Assembly: GCA_965197585.1 (NCBI GenBank)
Contig: OZ240215.1
Location: forward strand, 928,001-992,000
DNA from: Dehalococcoidia bacterium
GTDB lineage: Bacteria; Chloroflexota; Dehalococcoidia; Plut-88900
DNA length: 64,000 nt
Reading direction: 5' to 3'
A program made the translations under genes and the position numbers. How positions within the stretch are numbered: position 1 is the stretch's first letter; the number at the start of each line of letters is the position of its first letter. Shown one piece after another: positions 51,000-61,616 of this stretch. The notes under the pieces were generated by a model. That model was not told the origin of the DNA. It saw nothing but the letters and a program-made list of their open reading frames with translations, and searched no databases.

Positions 51000-52337
51000 A
51001 TGACCACCACGAGACCGGCGTTCCTGACCGAGCCCTATGGCTCCTACTACCATAGTGAGGTGCCGGAGGAAGACGCGGAGCTTACGCACACGGGCCCCGG
51101 GACTCCGTGCGGCGAGTACCTGCGCAGGTTCTGGCAACCCGTGGCCCACTCGGATGAGCTACGGGACTTGCCGTTGCGGATTCAGATAATGGGTGAGGAT
51201 CTGGTCGCGTTCAGGGACAAGGGCGGGAAAGTTGGGGTGCTGGAACTGCATTGTCCGCATCGTGGCACTTCGTTGGAGTTCGGGGTGGTCGAGGAGAAGG
51301 GAATCCGGTGCTGTTATCACGGCTGGCAGTTCGACGTGGATGGCACGATCCTCGACACGCCGGGAGAACCTACGGGCTCGACGCTCAAGGACCGTCTGCG
51401 CCAGGGCTCGTACCCCGTACATGAGTACCGTGGGCTGGTGTTCGCCTACATGGGCCCGCCCGATAAGCGGCCCCCGTTTCCCGTGTATGACGTTTTCGAC
51501 AGGTCGGGGTTCCGGCTGGAGGTCGGGACCAAGAACGTAAAGCACTGCAACTGGCTGCAGATCATGGACAACGTAGTTGACCCGGTGCACGAGAGCTTTC
51601 TCCATGCCCGGGTGAGCAACGTGCAGTTCACGGATGTCGAGGGCCGGCCCATGGAAGGGCTGAAGGACGTCGGCGCATTCGACGTGATGGAGACGCCCGT
51701 GGGTCTGAGTTGCTTCCAGACTCGGCGTGTTGGGGAAGATATCTGGTCGCGGACTATCGAGTGGGTGATTCCCAACATTGCCCAGATACCCGATCCACGG
51801 GCTTTGCCTCCCGAATACGTGAATGGCCAGGAGATGCTCTGCGCACTGCCCCGCATTTTCCGTTGGCGGGTGCCCAAGAACGACACTGAAACCCTGGAAT
51901 TCACCTTCGTTCGGGTGCCGGAAGGCGAGGAGGACGAGTACACGAAGAACCCAGGATTTGCGGTAGCGGCCCAACTCGCCGGCCGGGCCCGGTCCTATGA
52001 AGACCGACAGCGGTATCCTGCGGACTACGATGCGCAGGTCGGGCAGAGGTTGATAGCCAGACACGCCCTGGAACACCTGGTGACTACGGACCGCGGTGTA
52101 ATCCAGATGCGAAAGATGATGCGGCAAGGGATACGGGCGGTGGCCCGGGGGGAGGACCCGAAGGGGCTGGATACCGAAGGCGAAGGCCCGGTCTCGACAT
52201 ATGGAAGTGACACGATTTTGCGGGTTGCAGCTGAGAGATCTGAGGACGAAGACAGGGAGTTGGTGAGGGAGACGGGGCTCAGGTTGGCGGCTGCGTTCTT
52301 GGAGAGGCCGCCGAGTCGGGTGGCGGGGAGCTGGTAG
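51000..52337 (+). CDS. Rieske non-heme iron oxygenase subunit (phthalate dioxygenase-like)
   Basis: GPGTPCGEYLRRFW, CPHRG...CCYHGW Rieske motif, NWLQ..DN.VDPVH..FLH, EHL...D.GV...R. Confidence 0.9.
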   Translation: MTTTRPAFLTEPYGSYYHSEVPEEDAELTHTGPGTPCGEYLRRFWQPVAHSDELRDLPLRIQIMGEDLVAFRDKGGKVGVLELHCPHRGTSLEFGVVEEKGIRCCYHGWQFDVDGTILDTPGEPTGSTLKDRLRQGSYPVHEYRGLVFAYMGPPDKRPPFPVYDVFDRSGFRLEVGTKNVKHCNWLQIMDNVVDPVHESFLHARVSNVQFTDVEGRPMEGLKDVGAFDVMETPVGLSCFQTRRVGEDIWSRTIEWVIPNIAQIPDPRALPPEYVNGQEMLCALPRIFRWRVPKNDTETLEFTFVRVPEGEEDEYTKNPGFAVAAQLAGRARSYEDRQRYPADYDAQVGQRLIARHALEHLVTTDRGVIQMRKMMRQGIRAVARGEDPKGLDTEGEGPVSTYGSDTILRVAAERSEDEDRELVRETGLRLAAAFLERPPSRVAGSW

Positions 52338-52504
52338 GCCCGACTCGCTCTTAAATCCTCGAAAAGAGGACCTTCAGCTCGCTCAGGGCTCCGGGATTGG
52401 GGGCGATCCTACCCTAGATTTAACCTTGCGGCTTCGGTGGGAGTAGACTCCTAGATTAACGCCTTAGTTCCCTCGCGGAGCCTCGGGATGACACAAAGAA
52501 GGGT

Positions 52505-53449
52505 CTAGTTTGGGGTGGTGGCGGGGCAGGGGGTGTTGGGTTCTAGCTCGGCGTAGAACTCGAGGAGGAAGTTGTCCGGGTCTCGGATGAAGAGGGAGTC
52601 GCGGGTGTCGGAGGTTGTTTCCCGTTCGATGGACAGCCTTGCTTTTTGAAGATTGAATTTGCTTTGGTCCAGGTCGGCGTTGCTCGACATTTCGAAGCCG
52701 GCGTGGTGGAGGCCCGTGGCTTCTGAGTCGGGGGTGGGGATGAGGATGATGTGCTCCCCGCCGGTCGTTCCGCCGAGCACGACGTAAGCGTCGGCGGGGC
52801 TGCCTCGGAGGACTTGAAGTCCCAGGATGCCGGTATAGAAGGCCAGGGAGGCTTCCACATCACCGACATTCAGGACGGCGTGGGTGATGCGTTTCGGATG
52901 GAAAATCGCTTGGCCGACGCGGCGCAGTTCCGGGTCTTCGTGGTAGTTTCGGGAGTCGACTGTGGTGAAGCGGGGTGGGTCGCCGGGGGTCCAGGGAGCT
53001 TCGCCGTAGCGGACGGTTCGGCCATCGCCGCGGAGTTTGCGCCACTCCTTGGTGGAATCGGAGTAGATTTCGATGCCGTTGCCATCGGGGTCACGGGTAT
53101 AAAGGCTGCGGGTAATGTCGTGGTCGGAGACGCGAAAAGTTGTACCGGCGTCAGCTGCAGCGCGGTAACCTTCGATCAAGTCGGCCTCACACTCAAGCTC
53201 GAAGGCAAGGTGATTGAGGGTGGGAGCGGAGGGGTGTCGGAATACGGCGATATCATGGTGGGTGTTGCCGTTGCTGAGGAAGCCCCCGACCGTGGGCCCC
53301 TGAAGGTCAGTCGGGGCGGCCTTGCGATAGACCTCCTCGATGCCGACGACATGGTTGTAGAAGTCGAGAGACCTTTCGACGTCGGTGACGAAGAGGTTGG
53401 CGTGCCCGAGCCTTCGGGCGCGGAAGAAGGGGGCCCTGACCTTGGTCAC
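52505..53449 (-). CDS. Two-domain VOC family protein (extradiol dioxygenase-like)
   Basis: LGHANLFV, THHDIA, NHLAFE, DH....LY.RDPDGNGIEIY; second VOC repeat ITHAVLNV...RDPDNFLLEFY. Confidence 0.85.
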   Translation of the reverse strand: MTKVRAPFFRARRLGHANLFVTDVERSLDFYNHVVGIEEVYRKAAPTDLQGPTVGGFLSNGNTHHDIAVFRHPSAPTLNHLAFELECEADLIEGYRAAADAGTTFRVSDHDITRSLYTRDPDGNGIEIYSDSTKEWRKLRGDGRTVRYGEAPWTPGDPPRFTTVDSRNYHEDPELRRVGQAIFHPKRITHAVLNVGDVEASLAFYTGILGLQVLRGSPADAYVVLGGTTGGEHIILIPTPDSEATGLHHAGFEMSSNADLDQSKFNLQKARLSIERETTSDTRDSLFIRDPDNFLLEFYAELEPNTPCPATTPN

Positions 53450-54318
53450 CCGGTACGCTCCTCAAAGTCGCCGCCCCGCATTTCCAGGAACATGCGTCGG
53501 GCGTTTATGTAGGACCTTTCCGGCTCCTCCCAGCCCTCAAGCTCACCTAGAGAGAAGCTCGCGGCGGCGTCATCGGGGCTTTTGCCCAAGCGGAAATACT
53601 CCTTGCAGTGCTTCTTAAGGGCCCTGAAGTAGCGGTGAGTCCACCCGATTGCCTCCTTCTTGGCCACAGGTCCGTGCCCCGTGACCAGGGTTTCGATATC
53701 AATGTCGTTGCGGAGGCGTTTCGTAACCTTGATCCAGTTGGAAACGTGGCCGTCGGCGGCAAGGGGGACGAGGTATTGAAAGGCCACGTCTCCCGTGAAA
53801 AGAATCTTTTCATCTGGGAGGTAAATGAGGGTGTCGCCGAAGGTGTGGGCGGGGCCGGGGTGGATGAGCTCCACGGAGCGGTTGCCCAGGTGAACGGTCA
53901 TATTGCCTTCATAGGTGACGTTTGGAGGAGTCAACTCCAACTGACGCCAGTCGTCTTCGTACTGGGGCCAGCGATTGATGAGGACGTCTGGGTCGGTGCC
54001 CCGACGCATAAGGGAGTTGCGGCAACCATCGTGGCCGATGACGTTGGCCTCCGGGCGGTAGAACTGGTTGCCGAAGGCGTGGTCGGCGTGGTGATGGGTG
54101 TCGACGACATAGCGGACGGGCTTGTCGGTGACCTTGCGGACATCTTCGAGGAAAGTCTTGACCATGCCGCCGACCATCATGGCGTCGACTACAAGGCACT
54201 CCTCGTCGCCGACTATGAGGCCGGAGTTACAGATGTCCCAGCCTATGCCTTCCCGGATGTAGGCAAAGACGCCGTCGCCGATTTCTTGAAGGCCGGTCTT
54301 GTAGTCGTAGGTTGCCAT
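53446..54318 (-). CDS. MBL-fold metallo-hydrolase (cyclase-like)
   Basis: THHHADHAFGN, AHTFGD, LFTGD, VTGHG. Confidence 0.88.
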   Translation of the reverse strand: MATYDYKTGLQEIGDGVFAYIREGIGWDICNSGLIVGDEECLVVDAMMVGGMVKTFLEDVRKVTDKPVRYVVDTHHHADHAFGNQFYRPEANVIGHDGCRNSLMRRGTDPDVLINRWPQYEDDWRQLELTPPNVTYEGNMTVHLGNRSVELIHPGPAHTFGDTLIYLPDEKILFTGDVAFQYLVPLAADGHVSNWIKVTKRLRNDIDIETLVTGHGPVAKKEAIGWTHRYFRALKKHCKEYFRLGKSPDDAAASFSLGELEGWEEPERSYINARRMFLEMRGGDFEERTG

Positions 54319-54479
54319 GTTCTTCTCCCGCGTTTTCGAGATGTAGTGTGAGGACATATTACTCTATGTGTGTGGGGTTATCGATAGGGAGTCATGTCAC
54401 AGCTATGCCAGCGGCCTCCCGTCCCCGTAGGTCTACGAAGACCGTGCCGAAGAAGGGAGTTGGTAAATGGCCGACGCTT

Positions 54480-54506
54480 AGATTTCTCGCGGAGCCTCGA
54501 AATGAC
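54480..54506 (+). repeat. REP-like family 2 (AGATTYCTCGCGGRGCCTCGRAATGAC), intact copy
   Basis: AGATTTCTCGCGGAGCCTCGAAATGAC; other copies at 52466-52492 (intact), 36262-36285 and 46699-46722/47779-47786 (IS-interrupted). Confidence 0.8.
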
Positions 54507-54635
54507 ACGCAAAAGGTGGAATGACACGTAAACCGTGGAGTGGGTTGGGATGCAAGGGTGGGAAAGTGAGAATACATGATAATATGGGCCGAGCCGCGAG
54601 GCAGGAAATGGAAGCCTCGGGTACAGGAGTTAACA

Positions 54636-55487
54636 ATGGGTAAACTGGACGATAAAGTTGCGATAGTTACGGGCGCGAGCAGGGGGATCGGGGCGGAGAT
54701 CAGCCGGTTGTTCGCGCAGGAAGGCGCCCGGGTGGTATGTGTGGCGCGAACCCTCAAAGAGGGAGACCACATCCTCGAAGGCTCGCTGGAATTGACGTGC
54801 GCCCAGATCCGGGAGTCGGGAGGCGAGGCGACGGCTATTGCGGCGAACATCTCTCTGCCGGAGGACTGCGAGCGGCTGGTTGAGGAGACCAAAACGGCCT
54901 ACGGCCCCGCCGACGTGCTGGTCAATAACGCCGCCCTGACCTACTTCATCCCGATCAAGGACTTTCCCCTAAGCCGGTGGCTACGCACATGGTCGGTGAA
55001 CGTGCATGCACCGTTTCTCCTGAGCCAGCTTGTCCTGCCCGACATGATCGAGGCCAAGGGCGGCAGCATCGTGAACATATCCTCGAGTTCAGCCATTGGG
55101 CCCGGTCGAGGGCCGTATAACGATGAGTCAAAGGAAAATATAGGGGACACTACCTACGGGGCAGAGAAGGCGGCTTTGGAGCGGTTCACGCAGGGGCTGG
55201 CACTGGAGGTATTCGAGTACGGGGTGTCGGTGACGTGCCTCTCCCCGTCTGTGGTGGTGCCGACGCCCGGCACCCTCTACCACAAGCTCGTGTCGAGCAT
55301 GGATGACCCGAAGGGAGAGCATCCTGATCTGATGGCAAAGGCCACGCTACTTCTTGCCACCGAGCCCCAGGAGAAGATAACGGGCAGGGTTACCTACACG
55401 CAGGAGATATTGAAAGAATACGGGATGATGGGAGAGGGGCAGGGCGTGGGAGTTACCAAGCCGGGGTCGGGGTACAGCCAGATATAA
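54636..55487 (+). CDS. SDR family oxidoreductase
   Basis: IVTGASRGIG, DVLVNNAA, IVNISS, YGAEK; AGGAG RBS before ATG 54636. Confidence 0.9.
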   Translation: MGKLDDKVAIVTGASRGIGAEISRLFAQEGARVVCVARTLKEGDHILEGSLELTCAQIRESGGEATAIAANISLPEDCERLVEETKTAYGPADVLVNNAALTYFIPIKDFPLSRWLRTWSVNVHAPFLLSQLVLPDMIEAKGGSIVNISSSSAIGPGRGPYNDESKENIGDTTYGAEKAALERFTQGLALEVFEYGVSVTCLSPSVVVPTPGTLYHKLVSSMDDPKGEHPDLMAKATLLLATEPQEKITGRVTYTQEILKEYGMMGEGQGVGVTKPGSGYSQI

Positions 55488-55529
55488 GACCGGCGTTTCG
55501 AGGTACATACGAATGCTGAAATCGCCGAG

Positions 55530-56717
55530 ATGGCTACCTATAAGGGAAGAGTAGAGATGGCAGTAGCGCGCGGCAAAGTCGGGTCATTCCTGGAGGCGGC
55601 GCGGGATCTCGGGCCGTTGATCAGGAAGACGGCTGGGGAAGGCGATCTCAATCGAGAGCTTTCCAAGGAGGTGGCGGAGGCGATCACCGACGGCGGGTTC
55701 TTTCGAATGCTCGTGCCCCGGTCTCTCGGCGGATACGAGATGGAATATCCGGACTACCTGAACGTGGTACAGGCCTTTGCGGAGGCGGATGGCTCGACGG
55801 GGTGGTGCGTTAACCAGAACTCGGTGCTCCCCCTGCAGTCGGTCAAGATCCCGGAGGCTACGGCCCGGGAAATCTGGAGCGACGAGCGGGCTGTCCTGGC
55901 CAACGGCCCGCCGATGAGCACCGAGGCGACACCCGTCGAAGGTGGCTACCGTCTTACGGGCAGCTGGCGTTTCAGCAGCGGGTGTCATCACGCCAACTGG
56001 ATGATTGCCCTGGTCCCGAAGAACAAGATCGGGGCGAGGATGGGGTCCCGGAGCGGGGACGACCTTTTGCTCGTCATGCGCAAAGAGGAAGTGAAGCTGG
56101 TCGACGTGTGGGACGTGAACGGGCTCCGGGGCACGGGAAGCTTCAACTTCGAAATAGAAGACCTCTTCGTGCCGGAATCCTACACCTTCGACTGGGGAGC
56201 GCCGCCCTGGGATGATGGACCGCTGTACGCGATGCCGATGACGCTGATCTTTTGCTCGGGGTTCGGGTGCGTGGCGTTGGGGGTGGCGAGGGCAGCGCTG
56301 GACGCAGCCATCGAACTGGGGTGTACAAAGAAACCGGAGCGCGAGGGCGCGCTGCTCAGGGAGAAGGCGACGTTCCAACGGGCTTTAGGCCAAGCGGAGG
56401 CGACATGGCGGTCGGCGAGGGCGTTTTTGTTTGAGGCTGCGGAGGGGGCCTGGGAGTCGGTGTGTAAGACTGGGGCGCTCACCTTGGAAGAACGCATAAA
56501 GATACGATTAGCTAGCACGCACGCGATTCGGACGGGGGCGCAGGTGGCGGACATGGCGTACAACCTATGCGGGTCGGATGCGATTTTTGAACACAATCCG
56601 ATACAGCGTCGGTTCCAGGATGCCCACGTGATTACTCAGCAGATCCAGGGTAGGTTAGAGCACTACGAGAAGGCGGGTCAGTTCTTCCTGGGCATGGAGC
56701 CTAAGGGGGAGTTTTAG
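55530..56717 (+). CDS. ACAD-fold flavin-dependent monooxygenase (HsaA/group D-like)
   Basis: P..LGG.E, DGSTGW, W.FSSGCHHA.W, WDVNGLRGTGS, QRRFQDAH. Confidence 0.85.
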   Translation: MATYKGRVEMAVARGKVGSFLEAARDLGPLIRKTAGEGDLNRELSKEVAEAITDGGFFRMLVPRSLGGYEMEYPDYLNVVQAFAEADGSTGWCVNQNSVLPLQSVKIPEATAREIWSDERAVLANGPPMSTEATPVEGGYRLTGSWRFSSGCHHANWMIALVPKNKIGARMGSRSGDDLLLVMRKEEVKLVDVWDVNGLRGTGSFNFEIEDLFVPESYTFDWGAPPWDDGPLYAMPMTLIFCSGFGCVALGVARAALDAAIELGCTKKPEREGALLREKATFQRALGQAEATWRSARAFLFEAAEGAWESVCKTGALTLEERIKIRLASTHAIRTGAQVADMAYNLCGSDAIFEHNPIQRRFQDAHVITQQIQGRLEHYEKAGQFFLGMEPKGEF

Positions 56718-56731
56718 GGTCGGGGAGAGGG

Positions 56732-57913
56732 TTACCGGCGCACGCCGCCCGGGTTCAGGATTTCCCTGGCGATGAGGATTTTGTTGACCTCCTGCGCTCC
56801 TTCGCCTATGCGTCGGACTCTTGCTTCGCGATACCAGCGTTCGAAGGGCATTTCCTGGGTCACACCATAACCGCCGTGGACCTGAAGGGATCGGTCGACG
56901 ACGCGGGCCAGGACCTCTGCGGAATGGAGTTTGGCGATTGACGCCTCCTGCCGGAAGTCCTCTCCGGCGTCGTATTTCCAGGCGGCTTCCCATGTGAGCC
57001 AGCGACAGGTGCGGATTTCGACCTCGGAGTCGACGAGCATCCACTGGATCGCCTGTCGAGTGGAGAGGGGCGCGCCGAATGTCTCGCGGGTCTTCGAGTA
57101 TGCGACGGCCATCCTGTGAGCGGCAACCGAAACGCCAAGGTTTGCCGCCGAATAGGGGATACGGCCCCGGGCCAGCAGCTGGTTAGCAAGGATATCCCAA
57201 CCCCCATCCACCTCCCCGAGGACGTTGCGGCCGGGGACGCGCAAGTCCTGAAAGAATAGCTGGGCAGGCGTGTAGGCGCGGATGACGGGAATAGGAGTCA
57301 AGTCGAAGCCGGGCCACGAGTTCTCGACGACGAAGGCGGTGACGCCGCGTCGGGTCTCGGGGTTGGTGCGGGCGAAGACGACACCCCAGTCGCTCCAGAG
57401 CGCTCCTGATATAAAAACCTTGCTGCCGTTAATTACCCAATCGTCGCCGTCGCGGACGGCGCGGGTCTGGATGGCACGGGCGGGGTCGGAGCCACCGCTG
57501 GGCTCGGTGATGGCGAACCACGCCTTACGCTGGCCCTGAACGGTCGGGATGCCGTAGGTGTCGCGCAGGTAGTCGTTGCCGGCGAAGATAATCTCGGGTG
57601 GGGGCTCTCCCATGGTGCCGTATACGGGACAGTAGAGACCGGCGGCGTGCTGGACCATCTCCTCGTCGATGACGACCTGGGAGAAGAGCGAAAGGCCCCC
57701 GCCTCCGAACTCGGTGGGGACGCCGGTGCACCACATGCCCATGTCTTTGGCAACGGGGACCAGCCGGTCATATTCATCTTTGGGTAGATGTATGGAGTCG
57801 TGGGGGATCTGCTGCTCAAGGGGGACGATCTCGTTCCTGACGTAGTCCCGGACGGCGCCAGCGGCCATCCTGAGCTGTTCTGGAAGCTGGTAGCGTTCTG
57901 TGGAGTCGGACAT
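56732..57913 (-). CDS. Acyl-CoA dehydrogenase
   Basis: FAITEPSGGSD, WVINGSKVFIS, RETFG....RQAIQW, QVHGGYG, RIGEGAQE. Confidence 0.92.
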   Translation of the reverse strand: MSDSTERYQLPEQLRMAAGAVRDYVRNEIVPLEQQIPHDSIHLPKDEYDRLVPVAKDMGMWCTGVPTEFGGGGLSLFSQVVIDEEMVQHAAGLYCPVYGTMGEPPPEIIFAGNDYLRDTYGIPTVQGQRKAWFAITEPSGGSDPARAIQTRAVRDGDDWVINGSKVFISGALWSDWGVVFARTNPETRRGVTAFVVENSWPGFDLTPIPVIRAYTPAQLFFQDLRVPGRNVLGEVDGGWDILANQLLARGRIPYSAANLGVSVAAHRMAVAYSKTRETFGAPLSTRQAIQWMLVDSEVEIRTCRWLTWEAAWKYDAGEDFRQEASIAKLHSAEVLARVVDRSLQVHGGYGVTQEMPFERWYREARVRRIGEGAQEVNKILIAREILNPGGVRR

Positions 57914-57941
57914 TTCGGCTCTCCTGGGAGGGGTGCGGGTG

Positions 57942-58715
57942 TCAGCGGCCTTTGAAGTCGGCGGGACGTTTCTCTGCGAAGGCCCTCGGGCCTTCCTTGG
58001 CGTCCTCGGTGGTCATGAGAACCTGCTGTATGGCCTCTTCCATCCGGAGGCCGTGATCAAGGGGCATATACTGGGACCGGACGGCGAGCTCCTTGATGGC
58101 CCTGACGGCGAGGGGGCCGTTCTTGCAGACCACGTCGGCCATTCGCTCCGCCTCGTCCATGAGCCCCGATAGAGGGACCACCTTGTTGACGAGGCCGTAC
58201 TGGTAAGCTTCCTGGGCGGTGAGGCGTTCACCGGAGAGGAGGAGCCACATGGCGACTGGGTAAGGGAGCTGTCGCAGGGTGCGCTGGGTGCCTCCGTTGC
58301 CGGGCAGGATTCCGCGCTTTACCTCTGAGAGACCGAATTGGGCGTTCTCGGCTGCAACCCGGAGGTCGGTGGCGAGGAGGAGTGTCATGCCCCCGGCGAG
58401 GCAGTAGCCGTTAACGGCGGCAATAACAGGTTTCCAGACCTCAAGGCCACGGTTGAGAATCTGCTCATCCTGGGTCTGCCAGAAGCGCCACTTCTCTTGC
58501 TCTCGGGGGATTGTTTTTTTGAGGTCGGCCCCGGCGGTGAAGGCCCGGTCTCCGGCGCCGGTGATGATGGCGCACCAGACATCGGGGTCATCCCTGACGT
58601 CGACCCAAGCCTCGGAAAGCGCCAGGTACATCTCGGGGTCCATGGCGTTCATGACCTCGGGTCGGTTCAGGGTGATATAGGCAATTTTGCCTTTCTTTTC
58701 ATATATCAGGGACAT
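57942..58715 (-). CDS. Enoyl-CoA hydratase
   Basis: AFTAGADL, KPVIAAVNGYCLAGG, FGLSEVKRG, EGPRAFAEKR. Confidence 0.92.
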   Translation of the reverse strand: MSLIYEKKGKIAYITLNRPEVMNAMDPEMYLALSEAWVDVRDDPDVWCAIITGAGDRAFTAGADLKKTIPREQEKWRFWQTQDEQILNRGLEVWKPVIAAVNGYCLAGGMTLLLATDLRVAAENAQFGLSEVKRGILPGNGGTQRTLRQLPYPVAMWLLLSGERLTAQEAYQYGLVNKVVPLSGLMDEAERMADVVCKNGPLAVRAIKELAVRSQYMPLDHGLRMEEAIQQVLMTTEDAKEGPRAFAEKRPADFKGR

Positions 58716-58741
58716 GTCGGGGCTCCTTGTGGGGGGTGGGG

Positions 58742-59152
58742 CTAGGGGCGGGGACGGAACTTGGGCAAAGTGATTTCTTCAGTCACGTCGTCCCAGACAA
58801 CTTCTACGGATAGGCCTGGGCGGATGTCGTCGTTATCGATCTCTACGAGGTTGGTTAGCAATCGAGGGCCTTCTTCAAGCTCGACGATAGTTACGTTGTA
58901 AGGCAGGTCGTCTTCGAAGGCTCTGCTATAGCGCTGGTGCACGACAATCCAGGAGTAAACGCTACCGCGTCCCGAGGCCTCGACCCAATCGTGGTCGGCG
59001 GACCAGCACTCGGGGCAAATGGGCGCGGCGTCCCTAAGATGTCCACACTTTGAGCAGCGTTGGAGAAGGAGCTTGTGTTGCTTGCAGCCCTCCCAGAAGG
59101 GTCGGTTGTCCTCGGTGAGCTCGGGCGGGGGTTTGGCGTAGTCGGTGGTCAT
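58742..59152 (-). CDS. DUF35 Zn-ribbon/OB-fold protein (ChsH2-like)
   Basis: PFWEG, QRCSKCG...CPEC, G.VYSW, VELEEGPR. Confidence 0.9.
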   Translation of the reverse strand: MTTDYAKPPPELTEDNRPFWEGCKQHKLLLQRCSKCGHLRDAAPICPECWSADHDWVEASGRGSVYSWIVVHQRYSRAFEDDLPYNVTIVELEEGPRLLTNLVEIDNDDIRPGLSVEVVWDDVTEEITLPKFRPRP

Positions 59153-59155
59153 GGG

Positions 59156-60286
59156 CTATCTCCGCAAGATCGCCGTGGCGTGGGTGTGCATGATTCCGCC
59201 CTGGCCGCTGACCAGGGCCGTCTCGGCGCCATTAACCTGCCGGTCGCCGCATTCGCCTCTAAGCTGCCGCACACCTTCGACGAGGAGCTGCATTCCAGCC
59301 ATGCCGCTTTCGGAGAGGAGGCCGCCGCCGGTGTTCATGGGTAGGGAGCCGTCGGGGCCCGTGCGTCCGTCGGCGACGAACGCTCCGCCCTCGCCCTTGG
59401 CACAAAAGCCGTAGTCCTCCAGGGTGATGATGGGGACGATGGTGAAGCAGTCGTATATCTCGCAGACGTCGATGTCTCCGGGCTCGATGCCCGCCATACG
59501 GAAGGCCTTTTCGCCGGAAATCTTGGCTCCGCTGGTGGTGAGGGTGGGACGGCGGGGGAGGTCCCAGGCGATATGGTGCTGGCCGATGCCCATGACGTAG
59601 ACGGGAGGCTTGCGGAGGTGTCGGGCCCGGTCGGCAGAGGTGACAACAACGGCAGCCCCGCCGTCGGAGACTAGGCAGCAGTCCAGGAGATGGAGAGGCC
59701 AGGTGACATAACGAGAGGCTTGGTGGTCTTCCAGGGTCAAGGGATCGCGCTTGTGCGCGTTGGGGTTCTTGGAGGCCCAGCCTCGTGTGGAAACAGCCAC
59801 GGCGCCAAGCTGCTCGCTGGTGGTCCCGAACTCGGTCATGTGACGTTGGGCGATCATGGCGTAGCCGCCGGGAGCCCCGATCATGCCGTAAGCGGCGTCG
59901 GTACCGACGGGTCGGCCGTAGGTGCCGGGATTGCCGGAAAGGGGGTTGTCGCCGTAGCAGCAGACGGCGGTGGTGATGAGACCCGCCTCGATGGCCATTA
60001 TTGCGTACTGGACGAGGCCGAGATTCGTCGCACCCGCCTGGTCGATTGTCGCCGCTATGACGGGCTGGATGCCGAGAGCCTGGGAGACCTTGTGTGCCCA
60101 TAGGCCCTTGAAGCCTGTCGGGGGGTACTTACAGAGGACGGCGTCGACGTCGTTCTTTTCAAGGCCGGCGTCCTCGATTGCGAGCTTGGCGGCCTCGACG
60201 GTGAATTGGAGGGGGGAGACGCCCGGGACGCGGCCAAACTTGGTGGTCGCCGCCCCGACGATACAGTACTTGTCTTTGAGGGACAT
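59156..60286 (-). CDS. SCP-x-type thiolase-like protein (Ltp2-like)
   Basis: PLHLLDCCLVSDGG, EIYDCFT, P.NTGGGLLS; adjacent to a DUF35 partner. Confidence 0.88.
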   Translation of the reverse strand: MSLKDKYCIVGAATTKFGRVPGVSPLQFTVEAAKLAIEDAGLEKNDVDAVLCKYPPTGFKGLWAHKVSQALGIQPVIAATIDQAGATNLGLVQYAIMAIEAGLITTAVCCYGDNPLSGNPGTYGRPVGTDAAYGMIGAPGGYAMIAQRHMTEFGTTSEQLGAVAVSTRGWASKNPNAHKRDPLTLEDHQASRYVTWPLHLLDCCLVSDGGAAVVVTSADRARHLRKPPVYVMGIGQHHIAWDLPRRPTLTTSGAKISGEKAFRMAGIEPGDIDVCEIYDCFTIVPIITLEDYGFCAKGEGGAFVADGRTGPDGSLPMNTGGGLLSESGMAGMQLLVEGVRQLRGECGDRQVNGAETALVSGQGGIMHTHATAILRR

Positions 60287-60357
60287 CAGCTTTGTCCTCC
60301 GTTTCGGAGAGGTGAGGGCGTTTGCGAATCTATTGTGCCATTAAGGGGGCCGGTTGG

Positions 60358-61614
60358 CTATTTCCGGGTGACCGGGACGAGGGGAGCGACGCCGTCGGTA
60401 TGGAGGACCTCAGCAGTCTCGGACGGGAGGCCCAGAAGGTTGTCGAGCACCCAATCGCTGTGTTCCGCAAAGAGAGGAGCACGGCGGCCCAAGTCGGCGA
60501 GGGGCCCAGAGGACTTGAAAGACACGCCGGGGTGCTTGAAGTCTCCGGCCTCGGGGTGGTGCGTGTGGTCGATGAAGCCACGGGCCTGGTATTGGGGATC
60601 GGCGAGGGCGTCGGTGGACTTGAGGACTGCCCCCGCCCTGATCCCTGCGGCCTGGAGATGGTGCATCACCTCCTGGGGCGTACGCTCGATGGTCCATTTC
60701 TCAATGAGCGAATCTAGCGTGTCCTGGTCTTGGAGTCGGGCCGACATAGTGGAAAAGCGGTCGTCGGTTTTCCAATGGGCGTTGCCGGTGGCATCGCAGA
60801 GGCTGTCGAACTCGGCATCAGAGGCTACGGCTATGACGACCCAGGCGTCGTCGTCCTTACACCGGTAGACGTTGTGGGGGGCCATGGAAGGGTGCCGGTT
60901 GCCGATGCGGGTCGGGGCCCGGCCCGTGAGCTGATATTCGAGAAAATACTCGCCGATCACGGCCATTGTCACGTCGCGAAGCACTATTTCAAGGCGCTTG
61001 CCCTGGCCTGTGCGTCGTCTCTTCCATATTGCGGCCATGATGGCGGTGGCAACATGGAAGGCGGAGGTCTGGTCGCTGTAGAAGTTGCCGGGCTTGCTGG
61101 GTGCACCGTCCTGGTAGCCGGTGACGTGGCACATGCCGCCCAACCCCTCCGTACCGGGCCCGAAGGATATGTGATTGCTCCACGGGCCGGGCCGCCCGAG
61201 GGCCGGCATGGCGACCATTATTAGGTCGGGGCGGAGGGTGCGAAGGTGATCGTAGGTGAGGCCAAGATTGGGCATGACACGGGGGCTGTAGTTTTCGATT
61301 ACTACGTCGCTGATGAAGACAAGCTCCTCGAACAAGGCCTTGCCGTGAGGGTCGGCGAGGTCCAGGGAGAGGCTGCGTTTGGCGCGGTTGACCTCGTTAA
61401 AGCCTGCATTCTTGTTATAGGAGCGCTCCTGCGACTTGTCGGAAGTGAAGATGGCCATGTTGCCGACGCTGCGGCCCCAGGGGAGTTCAATCTTGATGAT
61501 TTCCGCTCCAAGATGGGCGAGCACCCGAGTGGCTACGGGCCCGGCTATTACGTTCGTCAGGTCCAGAACGCGGACGCCGGTGAGGGGAAGGATGCGTTTT
61601 GCATCGGTGCGCAT
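60358..61614 (-). CDS. Family III CoA transferase (CaiB/BaiF)
   Basis: PLTGVRVLDL...AGP, LGAEIIKIE, NRAKRS, DVVIENY, FYSDQ (catalytic-position Asp), GNRH...APHNVYRCKD. Confidence 0.92.
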   Translation of the reverse strand: MRTDAKRILPLTGVRVLDLTNVIAGPVATRVLAHLGAEIIKIELPWGRSVGNMAIFTSDKSQERSYNKNAGFNEVNRAKRSLSLDLADPHGKALFEELVFISDVVIENYSPRVMPNLGLTYDHLRTLRPDLIMVAMPALGRPGPWSNHISFGPGTEGLGGMCHVTGYQDGAPSKPGNFYSDQTSAFHVATAIMAAIWKRRRTGQGKRLEIVLRDVTMAVIGEYFLEYQLTGRAPTRIGNRHPSMAPHNVYRCKDDDAWVVIAVASDAEFDSLCDATGNAHWKTDDRFSTMSARLQDQDTLDSLIEKWTIERTPQEVMHHLQAAGIRAGAVLKSTDALADPQYQARGFIDHTHHPEAGDFKHPGVSFKSSGPLADLGRRAPLFAEHSDWVLDNLLGLPSETAEVLHTDGVAPLVPVTRK

Positions 61615-61616
61615 GG